From positions 120,327 through 184,326 of the forward strand of contig NIVC01001438.1 of assembly GCA_002269645.1 (NCBI GenBank): a DNA stretch of 64,000 bases. Reading direction: 5' to 3'. The first letter of the stretch is position 1. Each line of letters opens with the position of its first letter. This document shows, piece after piece, positions 47,497 to 59,960 of this stretch. The position numbers and the translations under genes are program-made. The notes under the pieces were generated by a model. It was not told the DNA's origin. It searched no databases and saw only the letters and a program-made list of their open reading frames with translations. The DNA is from Macrostomum lignano (lineage: Eukaryota).

Positions 47497-47715
47497 GGGG
47501 CCCGTGTAGCCCAGTGGTCTGGCGCTGCGCTCTGATGTGCCAGCGGCCCAGGCTCGATTCCAAGTGCAGTCGCATTAATTTGGGGCTAGACTGGAATCTC
47601 GGCTTGGCTCTGCTCGAGGGCCAACCCCCCAAGGCACAGTGAAGTGTACATGCCTAACGATAAATAAGTTATGGCCGCTGTGCACTCCTGTGTGAGTGTG
47701 TGCCTGTGCGTACGT
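47497..47715 (+). mobile_element. Near-complete tRNA-derived SINE
   Basis: Head with A box TAGCCCAGTGG and B box GGCTCGATTCC, followed by the body shared with the other copies. A further 3' fragment lies at 47351-47395. Confidence 0.7.
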
Positions 47716-48049
47716 ATCCGCGCGCTTGTGTGCCTGCTCAGGGGAGTCGGCGGAATGGGCAGTAATGCCTCTCGCCGGTTGTGTGACAATGTCGCTTAAA
47801 GTGCGCAAGGGTGCACACAGCCCCTGACTCTGATAAAATGGGGTCAAAGACGCGGTCACAACATGGCTTATATTTTCGAGCTATTCGAAGTCAGCCTCGC
47901 TCCGAACTTGGAGAAACAATGGATACATACCGTTTGGTACAGAGAACATGATGTTTATTTTTTTAAATCGAAGAAAAACACTGATCAATTTGAGTGCGGA
48001 AAACTGGCCTGACTAAAGGATTTATGGCTGATGAGGATAGTAGGATTAG

Positions 48050-48620
48050 AGTCAGACAGAGAAATTAGATATCGGGGATAGATTAGAGATTAGGGAAAGA
48101 GATTAGACATGGGGGACAGGTTAGATACCGGTATGGTGGGAGAGTTTGGAGATTGGGGAGCAAGATTAGTTAATAGGGGGAGAGAGAGAGATTAGATATT
48201 CGGAAGAGAGAGATTAGGTATTTGGGAGAGAGATTAGAGATTAGAGAGAGATTAGATATTCGGGAGAGATAGATAAGAGATGGGAGAGAGAGAGATTAGA
48301 TATTCGGGAGAGAGATTAAAGAGAGATTAGATAATCGGAAGACAGATTAGAGATTAGAGAGAGATTAGATATTCGGGAGAGAGATTAGAGATTAGAGAGA
48401 GATTAGATATTCGGGAGAGAGAGATAAGAGATGGGAGAGAGAGATTAGATAATCGGAAGACAGATTAGAGATTAGAGAGAGATTAGATATTCGGGAGAGA
48501 GATTAGAGATTAGAGAGAGATTAGATATTCCGGAGAGAGATTAGAGATTAGAGAGAGATTAGATATTCGGGAGAGAGAGATAAGAGATTGGGGAGAGAGA
48601 TTAGAGATTGGGGAGAGACT
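48050..48620. repeat. Degenerate GAGAGATTAGATATTCGG repeat
   Basis: Read directly from the sequence. Confidence 0.8.
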
Positions 48621-49304
48621 AGAGGTTTTCACAATGGCGGAGGAAGGGTTGGGGATCTAGCAGATCCAGGGAGACACTAACCAAAAAGAGCAGAGAGCAG
48701 GGGCAGTTCAGTATAGAAGAGAGAAAGCAATGATGGGACTCAAGTGAGCTGTCGACGCACTGCTGGTAATGCCTACTGTTAGTAATATAATTCACATATT
48801 GTATTACCACAAGAATAATCATAAGCAGTCAAAGGAAAATTCGCATAGCAGTAAAGAATTATGGAATATAAATTGTGAATTATTAGACGAGAGAATTATT
48901 AATCATTGATTTGGCTGAATGGTGGTGCGCTTTCGAATATCGCAGCAGTAGGCTGACTACGGAAAAGTACATACAGAGAGAACTGACTTCAGTAACCTGC
49001 GCTTATAATTGAACAAAAAAACTTGAATAGTAAATAAACTTAATAAATGATGAGGAATCAACTCAATTAACTTGAATGTGCGGCGTCAATCGTCAAGTGT
49101 TGGACTATCGAATGTATGAGCTCAGCTGTGCTCAGTGCTAAATAGCTGAGCACAGTAGATATTAGTCACAATGGGGGGCGAAAATTCGAATGGCAGCAGA
49201 TTAACAAATGTTTTCCTTCATCTTGGAATTGATTAGCACTTCATATTGGTTAGCGATTGATATTTGCACTGCTGTTGCTGGGTGAACTGTAGAACTGTCT
49301 GTAA

Positions 49305-49695
49305 GCCTCAGCTATCGATCTCTAAGCCTCAGCTATCGATCAGCTATCGATCTCTAAGCGCCTCAGCTATCGATCTCTAAGCCTTAGCTATCGATCTCTA
49401 AGCGCCTCAGCTATTGATCTCTAAGCCTCAGCTATCGATCAGCTATCGATCTCTAAGCGCCTCAGCTATCGATCTCTAAGCCTCAGCTATCGATCTCTAA
49501 GCCTCAGCTATCGATCTCTAAGCCTCAGCTATCGATCAGCTATCGATCTCTAAGCCTCAGCTATCGATCTCTAAGCCTCAGCTATCGATCTCTAAGCGCC
49601 TCAGCTATCGATCTCTAAGCCTCAGCTATCGATCTCTAAGCCTCAGCTATCGATCAGCTATCGATCTCTAAGCCTCAGCTATCGATCTCTAAGAC
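49305..49695. repeat. ~21-bp minisatellite just downstream of the CELF stop codon
   Basis: Unit AGCTATCGATCTCTAAGCCTC. Confidence 0.9.
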
Positions 49696-49734
49696 TCAGA
49701 CACTCAGCCGCAGTCAGATTTCATATCGCTGAGT

Positions 49735-52231
49735 TCAGTAGGGCCGGGCCTCGCCCTTGGGCCGCTTGAGCTGCACCTTGAGCCGCTTGGTGCCGATCTG
49801 GAAGCCGTTCATCGCCTGGATGGCCGCGGCAGCCGAGGCCGAGTTGTCGAAGCTGACGAAGCCGAAGCACTTGCTCTGGTTGGTGGCCCGGTCCACGTAC
49901 ACCTTGGCCGAGATCACCGTGCCGAACGGGGCGAACATCTGGGCCAGTTCCGTGTCGCCGAACTCCTGCGGCAGGTGGTAGATGAACAGGTTGCAGCCGT
50001 CGGGCCCAGTCAGGATGAAATCCTTCGAGCCCTCCTTGTGCTGCACCGGCATCGTGATGGCCTGCTGGGCCAGCGACATGAACGGGTGCGCGAACGCTGC
50101 GTTAAACCCGGCTGCAAAGCGTTTGGAGGGGGGCGGGGCGTTTCAGGAGTGTGTCTGGGAATCGCTTCAGGAGTGTGTCTGGGAATCGCTTCAGGAGTGA
50201 GGCTGGGAATCGCTTTAGGAGTGAGGCTGGGAATCGCTTCAGGAGTGTGTCTGGGAATCGCTTCAGGAGTGAGGCTGGGAATCGCTTCAGGAGTGAGGCT
50301 GGGAATCGCTTCAGGAGTGAGGCTGGGAATCACTTCAGGAGTGTGTCTGGGAATCGCTTCAGGAGTGAGGCTGGGAATCGCTTCAGGAGTGTGTCTGGGA
50401 ATCGCTTCAGGAGTGTGTCTGGGAATCGCTTCAGGAGTGAGGCTGGGAATCGCTTCAGGAGTGTGTCTGGGAATCGCTTCAGGAGTGAGGCTGGGAATCG
50501 CTTCAGGAGTGAGGCTGGGAATCGCTTCAGGAGTGAGGCTGGGAATCGCTTCAGGAGTGTGTCTGGGAATCGTTTCAGGAGTGTGTCTGGGAATCGCTTC
50601 AGGAGTGTGTCTGGGAATCGCTTCAGGAGTGAGGCTGGGAATCGTTTCAGGAGTGTGTCTGGGAATCGCTTTAGGAGTGAGGCTGGGAATCGCTTCAGGA
50701 GTGAGGCTGGGAATCGCTTCAGGAGTGTGTCTGGGAATCGCTTCAGGAGTGAGGCCAGAAGTGAGGCTGGGAATCGCTTCAGGAGTGAGGCTGGGAATCG
50801 CTTCAGGAGTGAGGCCAGAAGTGAGGCTGGGAATTGCTTCAGGAGTGAGGCTGGGAATCGCTTCAGGAGTGAGGCTGGGAATCGCTTCAGGAGTGAGGCC
50901 AGAAGTGAGGCTGGGAATCGTTTCAGGAGTGAGGCTGGGAATCGCTTCAGGAGTGAGGCCAAAAGGGAGGCTGGGAATCGCTTCAGGAGTGAGGCTGGGA
51001 ATCGCTTTAGGAGTGTGTCTGGGAATCGCTTCAGGAGTGAGGCTGGGAATCGCTTTAGGAGTGAGGCTGGGAATCGCTTCAGGAGTGTGTCTGGGAATCG
51101 CTTCAGGAGTGAGGCTGGGAATCGCTTCAGGAGTGAGGCTGAGAATCGCTTCAGCAGTGTGGCTGAGTAGCGGTCTGGGCAGTCACTCACGCAGGCTCGG
51201 GTACATGCTGGGGGACATGGCTGCCGTATAAGCCTGCTGCAGATGCTCTGAGCCTGAAAGAATCAAAAAGTAAATCATGTTACTCTTGACAAAAATATTC
51301 CATTTATTCTACTGACTAGCGCCATAAGTAGCTAAATAGGCGCATGCGCACAATAATATCCGCAAAAACTAGCGGCTTACCGGCCGTGCCAAGAAGGTGC
51401 CCCGGCATGACGCCGGCCGCGTACAGAGCAGCCGCTGTGGACGCCGCGTCGCCGGCCGCTCCGCCACCGTTGGCCACGGTGGTCGGACTGAGCATACTCG
51501 ATGAGGAGACAGCCGCGCTGAGCAGCTGCTGACTCTGCTGGTGCTGCTGCAGACCGCCGCCGCCGCCGCCGCTTTGTAGCTGGAGCGCCAGAGCGGCAAC
51601 TGGATTGATGTAGCCACCGCTGGGACCGCCGGCGCCGGCCTGTGAATTTTGGTTGAGAAAGATTACGTTTTTTATCGATACATATCGGCGCTGATATTTT
51701 TTCGATAAGTTTTGAAAAAAAAAACAATTTTGAACGATTTCGATACATATCGGCGCTGATATATTTTCGATAAGTTTTGAAAAAAAACAATTTGAACGAT
51801 TTCGATACATATCGGCGCTGATATCTTTTCGATAAGTTTGAAAAAAAACAATTTTTGAACGATTTCGATACATATCGGCGCTGATATCTTTTCGATAAGT
51901 TTTGAAAAAAAACTATTTTGAACGATTTCGATACATATCGGCGCTGATAGCTTTTCGATAAGTTTTGAAAAAAAACTATTTTGAACGATTTCGATACATA
52001 TCGGCCATAAAAATCAATTTCGATACATATCGGCGCCAAATCGATTTTTTAAAATATCGGCCCTAAATTAATTTCGATACATATCGGAGACTAATTGGTG
52101 CTGCTTTTTGGCTGTGCCTGGACTCACAGTCCCATATGTTACGGATCCGCAGGAATAAACGTAGCCAAATTTTCCTTCTGGTATGGCCAGCGCCGCGGCT
52201 CCCGCTGGATGATTTTGTCTCATGGGCACCG

Positions 52232-52266
<35 letters not shown>

Positions 52267-54988
52267 GTAGACATTTCTTGTGTTAGCTCCGACATCCCGG
52301 TCCTCTCAGTGTCTGTCTTCTATCTCGGGCTCAGTGTTTTATAATACTGGCTGGCAATCTATTCTCTCTCTCTCCCTTCTGCGCTGGCCTGCTGAACTCT
52401 GATTTACTCTCCTGATCCGATTGCCTCCCTTTTTACCTCGCAAAGCGTGTCTCGAGGTGAGCCGAGACCAGATACACGCGCCCCCTGCCTCTCCTTATCT
52501 AACAGCTGAGGGGAGCTGCGGGATTCGAGCCGTGAGGGGAAGCGTAGTGTTGCGCACTCCATGCTCACCTCACACCAACCTTTTTACCGAACTTCCTGCT
52601 GACTCTCCTCATCCCAGCCGCTACAGTGGCTAGAAATAGGGCTTCCTGTTTCCTTCTAGGAGCAGGCAATATAAAATTATGCTCTTAAATTTATTGACCA
52701 CCATTTGCCCAGCGTTGGCAAAATTATTCTCTGTTGCTTTCGGGTAGCGCCGTTAGCCATTCTTGCAGTTTTCTGACAGATTCGCTGCTGGCTGATACCT
52801 GCGCTCGCTCAGAGATTGCTGTTCTCTAAATGCTCTTTAGTGAAGCCAGTGAGTCAGTGAGTCAGTGAGTCAGTGAGTCAGTCAGTCAGTGAGTCAGTCA
52901 GTCAGTCAGTCAGTGAGTCAGTCAGTCAGTCAGTGAGTCAGTGAGTCAGTGAGTCAGTCAGTCAGTCAGTGAGTCAGTCAGTCAGTCAGTCAGTGAGTGA
53001 GTCAGTCAGTCAGTCAGTCAGTCAGTCAGTCAGTCAGTCAGTCAGTCAGTCAGTCAGTCAGTCAGTCAGTCAGTGAGTCAGTCAGTCAGTCAGTCAGTGA
53101 GTCAGTCAGTCAGTCAGCCAGTCAGCCAGTCAGTGAGACAGTCAGTGAGTCAGTGAGTCAGTCAGTGAGTCAGTCAGTCAGTCAGTGAGACAGTCAGTGA
53201 GTCAGTGAGTCAGTGAGTCAGTGAGTCATTGAGTCAGTGAGTCAGTCAGTCAGTGAGTCAGTCAGTGAATCAGTGAGTCAGTGAGTCAGTGAGTCAGTCA
53301 GTGAGTCAGTCAGTCAGTGAGTCATTCAGTGAGTCAGTCAGTCAGTCAGTGAGTCAGTCAGTCAGTCAGTGAGACAGTCAGTGAGTCAGTGAGTCAGTGA
53401 GTCATTGAGTCAGTGAGTCAGTCAGTCAGTCAGTCAGTCAGTCAGTCAGTGAGTCAGTCAGTCAGTCAGTCAGTCAGTCAGTCAGTCAGTCAGTCAGTCA
53501 GTGAGTCAGTCAGTCGGTCAGTCAGTCAGTCAGTCAGTCAGTCAGTCAGTCAGTCAGTCAGTCAGTCAGTCAGTCAGTCAGTCAGTCAGTCAGTCAGTCA
53601 GTCAGTCAGTCAGTCAGTCAGTCAGTCAGTCAGTCAGTCAGTCAGTCAGTCAGTCAGTAAGACAGTCAGTCATTCAGTCAGTCAGTCAGTCAGTCAGTCA
53701 GTGAGTCAGTGGCCTACCTGTCCAAACTGAGCAGCCGTGGGCACAGGATTAGCCTGACCAGCCGTGGTTAATCCGGGATTAACGAGACCCAGCGGCCCGA
53801 CCATCTGCTGCAGCTTGCGCAGCTGCCTCTCCTTCTCGTTGTCGGCGAATTTCACCACGATGGAGCTGCTGGCGCCCTGAGGAGGAAAAGTGCAACTTTA
53901 ATTAAATAGTATTAACATAAAAAATCGAAGCGTGAATGGCTACTTGTAGTAGGGTGCTAGTTTTTTATTTGCTAGGCCTAAATTGGAAACAAAAGAATAC
54001 CGGAAAAACCAAATATTGCGGCAACTTCGCTCTTATAACTGACCTATAATGGATTTAGCAGATCAAACGATACCTATTAAACCATTATCAGATCAAAAGA
54101 TACCCATTAGCAGATTAAAAGATGCCCATTCAGTATATCAAAAGATACCCCGTCAACAGATCAAAAGATACCCATTAGTAGATCAAAAGATACCCATTAG
54201 CTGATCAAAAGATACCCATTAGTATATCAAAAGATACCCATTAGCTGATCAAAAGATACCCATTAGCTGATCAAAAGATACCCGTCAGCAGATCAAAAGA
54301 TACCCGTCAACAGATCAAAAGATACCCATTAGTAAATCAAAAGATACCCATTAGTAGATCAAAAGATACCCATTAGTAGATCAAAAGATACCCATTAGTA
54401 TATCAAAAGATACCCATTAGCTGATCAAAAGATACCCATTAGCTGATCAAAAGATACCCGTCAGCAGATCAAAAGATACCCATTAGCAGATCAAAAGATA
54501 CCCATTAGCTGATCAAAAGATACCTGTCAGCAGATCAAAAGATACCCATTAGCAGATCAAAAGATACCCATTAGCTGATCAAAAGATACCCGTCAGCAGA
54601 TCAAAAGATACCCATTAGCTGATCAAAAGATACCCGTCAGCAGATCAAAAGATACCCATTAGCTGATCAAAAGATACCCATTAGCTGATCAAAAGATATC
54701 CGTCAGCAGCTCAAAAGATTAGTAGATCAAACGATGCCCCACTCTGAGATGCGAGTCACAACCGGGACAGGTCACTCACAGCCATAGTCTGACTGCCGTG
54801 CAAATTGTTGATGGCACTCTGCGCCTCCAGGTGATTGGTGTACTTGATAAAAGCGCAGCCCTTGCTGACGCCGTGCTGGTCGCGAAGGATGGCGCATTCC
54901 TCGATGCGGCCGAAGGGTTCAAACAGTCGTCTGACATCGTCCTCGGACTGCTGCTTGGAGAGCATGCCGACGAACAGCTTGCGGTCGT
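49735..54988 (-). CDS. CELF: CELF/Bruno-like RNA-binding protein (CELF3-6 type), 3' five exons
   Basis: Exons 54988-54780 (RRM2 [18 protein letters not shown]...KGCAFIKY), 53876-53718 ([20 protein letters not shown]), 51639-51381, 51253-51191 (LQQAY), 50111-49735 (RRM3 [16 protein letters not shown]...[12 protein letters not shown]...[14 protein letters not shown]). GT-AG, consistent phases. The upstream phase-1 exon was not found. Confidence 0.9.
50140..51150. repeat. 24-bp minisatellite filling the last CELF intron
   Basis: Unit GGGAATCGCTTCAGGAGTGAGGCT. Confidence 0.95.
51670..52085. repeat. ~62-bp tandem repeat, possibly a hAT MITE remnant
   Basis: Unit TTTCGATACATATCGGCGCTGATATCTTTTCGATAAGTTTTGAAAAAAAACAATTTTTGAACGA; ends near ATATCGGCCCTA, the reverse complement of a TAGGG-type TIR. 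Confidence 0.75.
52845..53710. repeat. (CAGT)n microsatellite, ~860 bp
   Basis: Read directly from the sequence. Confidence 0.98.
54055..54735. repeat. 22-bp minisatellite in a CELF intron
   Basis: Unit CAGATCAAAAGATACCCATTAG. Confidence 0.95.
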
Positions 54989-55079
54989 CTGCGTCATGAT
55001 CGGGGGGTCAGGGAGAGAGTAAAGAGGATGTTAGTTTAGACTTTTGTAGTGTGCTTTGCTGAGGTGCAGGTGTTTTAGG

Positions 55080-55775
55080 ATGGAGGGGAGGGAGGGTGGT
55101 GTGTCGGGGAGGGAGGGTAGTGTGTCGGGGAGGGAGGGTAGTGTGTCGGGGAGGGAAGGTAGTGTGTCGGGGAGGGAGGGTAGTGTGGCGGGGAGGGAGG
55201 GTAGTGTGGCGGCGAGAGAGGGTAGTGTGGCGGGGAGAGAGGGTAGTGTGTTGGGAGGGAGGGTAGTGTGTCAGGGAGGGAGGGTAGTGTGTCGGGGAGG
55301 GAGGGTAGTGTGGTGGGGAGAGAGGGTAGTGTGTCAGGGAGAGAAGGTAGGGTGTCAGGGAGAGAGGGTAGTGTGGCGGGGAGAGAGGGTAGTGTGTCGG
55401 GGAGAGAGGGTAGTGTGGCGGCGAGAGAGGGTAGTGTGTCGGGGAGGGAGGGTAGTGTGGTGGGGAGAGAGGGTAGTGTGTCAGGGAGAGAAGGTAGGGT
55501 GTCAGGGAGAGAGGGTAGTGTGTCGGGGAGAGAGGGTAGTGTGGCGGGGAGAGAGGGTAGTGTGGCGGGGAGAGAGGGTAGTGTGGCGGCGAGAGAGAGT
55601 AGTGTGGCGGGGAGAGAGGGTAGTGTGGCGGGGAGAGAGGGTAGTGTGGCGGGGAGAGAGGGTAGTGTGGCGGGGAGAGAGGGTAGTGTGGCGGGGAGAG
55701 AGGGTAGTGTGGCGGGGAGAGAGGGTAGTGTGGCGGGAGAGAGGGTAGTGTGGCGGGGAGAGAGGGTAGTGTGAC
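55080..55775. repeat. 21-bp G-rich minisatellite
   Basis: Unit GGGTAGTGTGGCGGGGAGAGA. Confidence 0.9.
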
Positions 55776-57169
55776 GGGGAGTGGAGGCTAAAATAGCAAA
55801 ATATAATTTATCGCATTACGCACGCAATACAACAAATATTTGATGTCCGCCTCTTACCAAAAGGATAAAAATTATTCAATATATCCCTTAACCCAGCCAA
55901 AGAGACTCATTTCCAGTCTGAGAGGGAGCCACGCCTAAAATCATCGCAGACTTTGCATTTGTACCGATCTGTACGCGTCTCTTGATTTCGAATACTCGAG
56001 CAATAGAAGGCCAAAGTGGCCGTCAAATTCTAAGACGATTCGGAGAGATTCGATTCGATTCGAAGAGATTAATTAAATCTAAATCGATAACAAAGACGCA
56101 ATGAAAGCTTCATGGAGAACGTTACGAATTGTGATATTTTAGAGTTGAATTGAGAAAATTTCCGGACCTAAGAAAAGTTATCTAATTCTGTTAATCGGGA
56201 TCCTTACTACTAAAATATAATGCCACAGGCGCAGGCGTGTGTTAGTGTTATCCTACTAAACTAAGATGCTGTGGGTAAACGGCGGGAGTAACTATCACTA
56301 TTTTAGTATGCGTAAATACCTCGCCACCTAATTAGTAGAAACTGCAACACTATAACGAATTTTTGCTTAAGGACACCAAGAAGTTCACGAGCATCAATGA
56401 GATATGATTGATAGGATTTACCTTCGTGTCCAGGTAGAGTTGCCAAGTGGCGCTGGATCTGTTTAACCTTATCCGTACTATCATGGTTGCTAATACTATT
56501 TAGGTGAATCTGCCGAAGTTTGTCACTGCCAGATTTGGCATCTGCAGGCGGCTCTTCGTGGTGATAGTCGATAATCATGGCTGTCCAGAGGTTATTAGAA
56601 TACGAATGAAACACAACACTGAACGGCTGAGGTGTGTCAAAGGTATTGTCTAGTTTTGGTTCTTCTGTAGTGTCTGAATGTTCTGAATGTGGAGCTCCTC
56701 TTGTGTGTTCTTTCCAGGGCCCTGGGCTTGGGGGCCCTTTTTAACACTATTTGTTGGGGCTAAATGTTCATTGGGGGAAAATGGGAGAGGGGAGAAGTGG
56801 GGCTGGTGGTGTATACGAAGTCCCATGTGTGTGAGTGTACATGGGATCCGATGAAGAAGGACACAAAGGCTCGAAGAGTGGGGGGCACGGTCAGGCAGTA
56901 ATGAGAAAGGCCTGAGCGGGTCTGCCAGGGCCAAGGGGTTCCTATTGGCTGGGCTGCTTAAGGCTCTATCGCTCCCTCACTCTGGGAAAAAAGGAAGAGG
57001 GGAGACCAAATGTTCCTCTTAGACTTGCCTATATGGGCTTTGCAGATTGAGAAAGCTGTATGCAATAAAGACAGAGTTCTAATTTCTCGAATTTTGCGAA
57101 TATATTATTTGTTGGCTTTTTATTAAGCTTTGGTTAAGGAGGGCCTGTTGAATTCTGGGACCGCGGGTT

Positions 57170-59295
57170 GTTCGATAGTGGCACTTTTCTGTGATCAGTG
57201 ATTTGATAGTGGCACTTTTCTGTGATCAGTCATTCGAAAGTGGCTCTTTTCTGTGATCAGTGATTTGATAGTGGCACTTTTCTGTGATCAGTGATTTGAT
57301 AGTGGCACTTTTCTGTGATCAGTCATTCGAAAGTGGCTCTTTTCTGTGATCAGTGATTTGATAGTGGCACTTTTCTGTGATCAGTCATTCAAAAGTGGCA
57401 CTTTTCTGTGATCAGTAATTTGATAGTGGCACTTTTCTGTGATCAGTCATTCGATAGTGGCACTTTTCTGTGATCAGTGATTTGATAGTGGCACTTTTCT
57501 GTGATCAGTCATTCGAAAGTGGCACTTTTCTGTGATCAGTAATTTGGTAGTGGCACTTTTCTGTAATCAGTGATTTTATAGTGGCACTTTTCTGTGATCA
57601 GTAATTTGATAGTGGCACTTTTCTGTGATCAGTGATTTGATAGTGGCACTTTTCTGTAATCAGTGATTTGATAGTGGCACTTTTCTGTGATCAGTCATTC
57701 GATAGTGGCACTTTTCTGTGATCAGTAATTTGATAGTGGCACTTTTCTGTGATCAGTCATTCGATAGTGGCACTTTTCTGTGATCAGTGATTTGATAGTG
57801 GCACTTTTCTGTAATCAGTCATTTGATAGTGGCACTTTTCTGTGATCAGTGATTTGAAAGTGGCACTTTTCTGTGATCAGTCATTCGATAGTGGCACTTT
57901 TCTGTGATCAGTAATTTGATAGTGGCACTTTTCTGTGATCAGTAATTTGATAGTGGCACTTTTCTGTGATCAGTAATTTGATAGTGGCACTTTTCTGTGA
58001 TCAGTGATTTGATAGTGGCACTTTTCTGTGATCAGTGATTTGATAGTGGCACTTTTCTGTGATCAGTGATTTGATAGTGGCACTTTTCTGTGATCAGTAA
58101 TTTGATAGTGGCACTTTTCTGTGATCAGTAATTTGATAGTGGCACTTTTCTGTGATCAGTGATTTGATAGTGGCACTTTTCTGTGATCAGTGATTTGATA
58201 GTGGCACTTTTCTGTGATCAGTGATTTGATAGTGGCACTTTCCTGTGATCAGTCATTCAAAAGTGGCACTTTTCTGTGATCAGTAGTTTGATAGTGGCAC
58301 TTTTCTGTGATCAGTGATTTGATAGTGGCACTTTTCTGTGATCAGTAATTTGATAGTGGCACTTTTCTGTGACCAGTGATTTGATAGTGGCACTTTTCTG
58401 TGATCAGTAATTTGATAGTGGCACTTTTCTGTGATCAGTAATTTGATAGTGGCACTTTTCTGTGATCAGTGATTTGATAGTGGCACTTTTCTGTGATCAG
58501 TAATTTGATCGTGACACTTTTCTGTGATCAGTGATTTGATAGTGGCACTTTTCTGTGATCAGTCATTCGAAAGTGGCACTTTTCTGTGATCAGTAATTTG
58601 GTAGTGGCACTTTTCTGTAATCAGTGATTTTATAGTGGCACTTTTCTGTGATCAGTAATTTGATAGTGGCACTTTTCTGTGATCAGTGATTTGATAGTGG
58701 CACTTTTCTGTAATCAGTGATTTGATAGTGGCACTTTTCTGTGATCAGTCATTCGATAGTGGCACTTTTCTGTGATCAGTAATTTGATAGTGGCACTTTT
58801 CTGTGATCAGTAATTTGATAGTGGCACTTTTCTGTGATCAGTGATTTGATAGTGGCACTTTTCTGTAATCAGTCATTTGATAGTGGCACTTTTCTGTGAT
58901 CAGTGATTTGAAAGTGGCACTTTTCTGTGATCAGTCATTCGATAGTGGCACTTTTCTGTGATCAGTAATTTGATAGTGGCACTTTTCTGTGATCAGTAAT
59001 TTGATAGTGGCACTTTTCTGTGATCAGTAATTTGATAGTGGCACTTTTCTGTGATCAGTGATTTGATAGTGGCACTTTTCTGTGATCAGTGATTTGATAG
59101 TGGCACTTTTCTGTGATCAGTGATTTGATAGTGGCACTTTTCTGTGATCAGTAATTTGATAGTGGCACTTTTCTGTGATCAGTAATTTGATAGTGGCACT
59201 TTTCTGTGATCAGTGATTTGATAGTGGCACTTTTCTGTGATCAGTAATTTGATAGTGGCACTTTTCTGTGATCAGTCATTCGATAGTGGCACTAT
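57170..59295. repeat. 31-bp minisatellite with a 1054-bp higher-order duplication
   Basis: Unit GATAGTGGCACTTTTCTGTGATCAGTGATTT. Confidence 0.95.
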
Positions 59296-59476
59296 CGAAT
59301 TAGGTTTTTTTGAGTCATTTGTAGCCTTCAGAAACGATATAAAATTCTAAAAGCAATCTAAAGTTTTATTGGAGCATTTTTTGTCTTCGTCCCCAAAAGC
59401 CAACAGAAAGTACAAGAGACAGAAATCCACCAAGATCGCCTTAGAAGGCAGTTTTTACCAAAGGGGATATTGGATT

Positions 59477-59531
<55 letters not shown>

Positions 59532-59654
59532 TGTAAAATCACATTGCAACTTTGCCCAGATCTTCACCTCTGCACCGGATGTCTTGTGCTGAGTTAATCT
59601 GTGAGCTCCAGGTGACCCCCAGTTGCTGCAAACTGATTGAACTCACCGCTATGT

Positions 59655-59960
59655 ATTTCTCATTCCTAATCTCACTCCCAATCTCACTCCCATTTTCACT
59701 CCCATTCTCACTCCCATTCTCATTCTCAATTTCACTCCCAATCTCACTCCCATTCTCACTCCCAATCTCACTCTCAATCTCACTCCCATTCTCACTCCCA
59801 TTCTCATTCTCAATTTCACTCCCAATCTCACTCCCAATCTCACTCCCAATCTCACTCCCATTCTCACTCCCATTCTCACTCCCAATTTAACTCCCATTCT
59901 CACTCCCATTATCACTCCCATTCTCACTCCCGTCACTCCATTCTCACTCCATTCTCTTAA
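59655..59960. repeat. 12-bp repeat (CTCACTCCCATT)n
   Basis: Read directly from the sequence. Confidence 0.85.

Noticed and set aside
56303-56614. 103-aa ORF with LGVLKQKFVIV, faintly Harbinger transposase-like
   Set aside because: One short motif only; no DDE context or TIRs.
59640-59670. GTGAGT donor (minus) as a possible upstream CELF exon
   Set aside because: The required phase-1 frame hits a stop within five codons and there is no adjacent acceptor.
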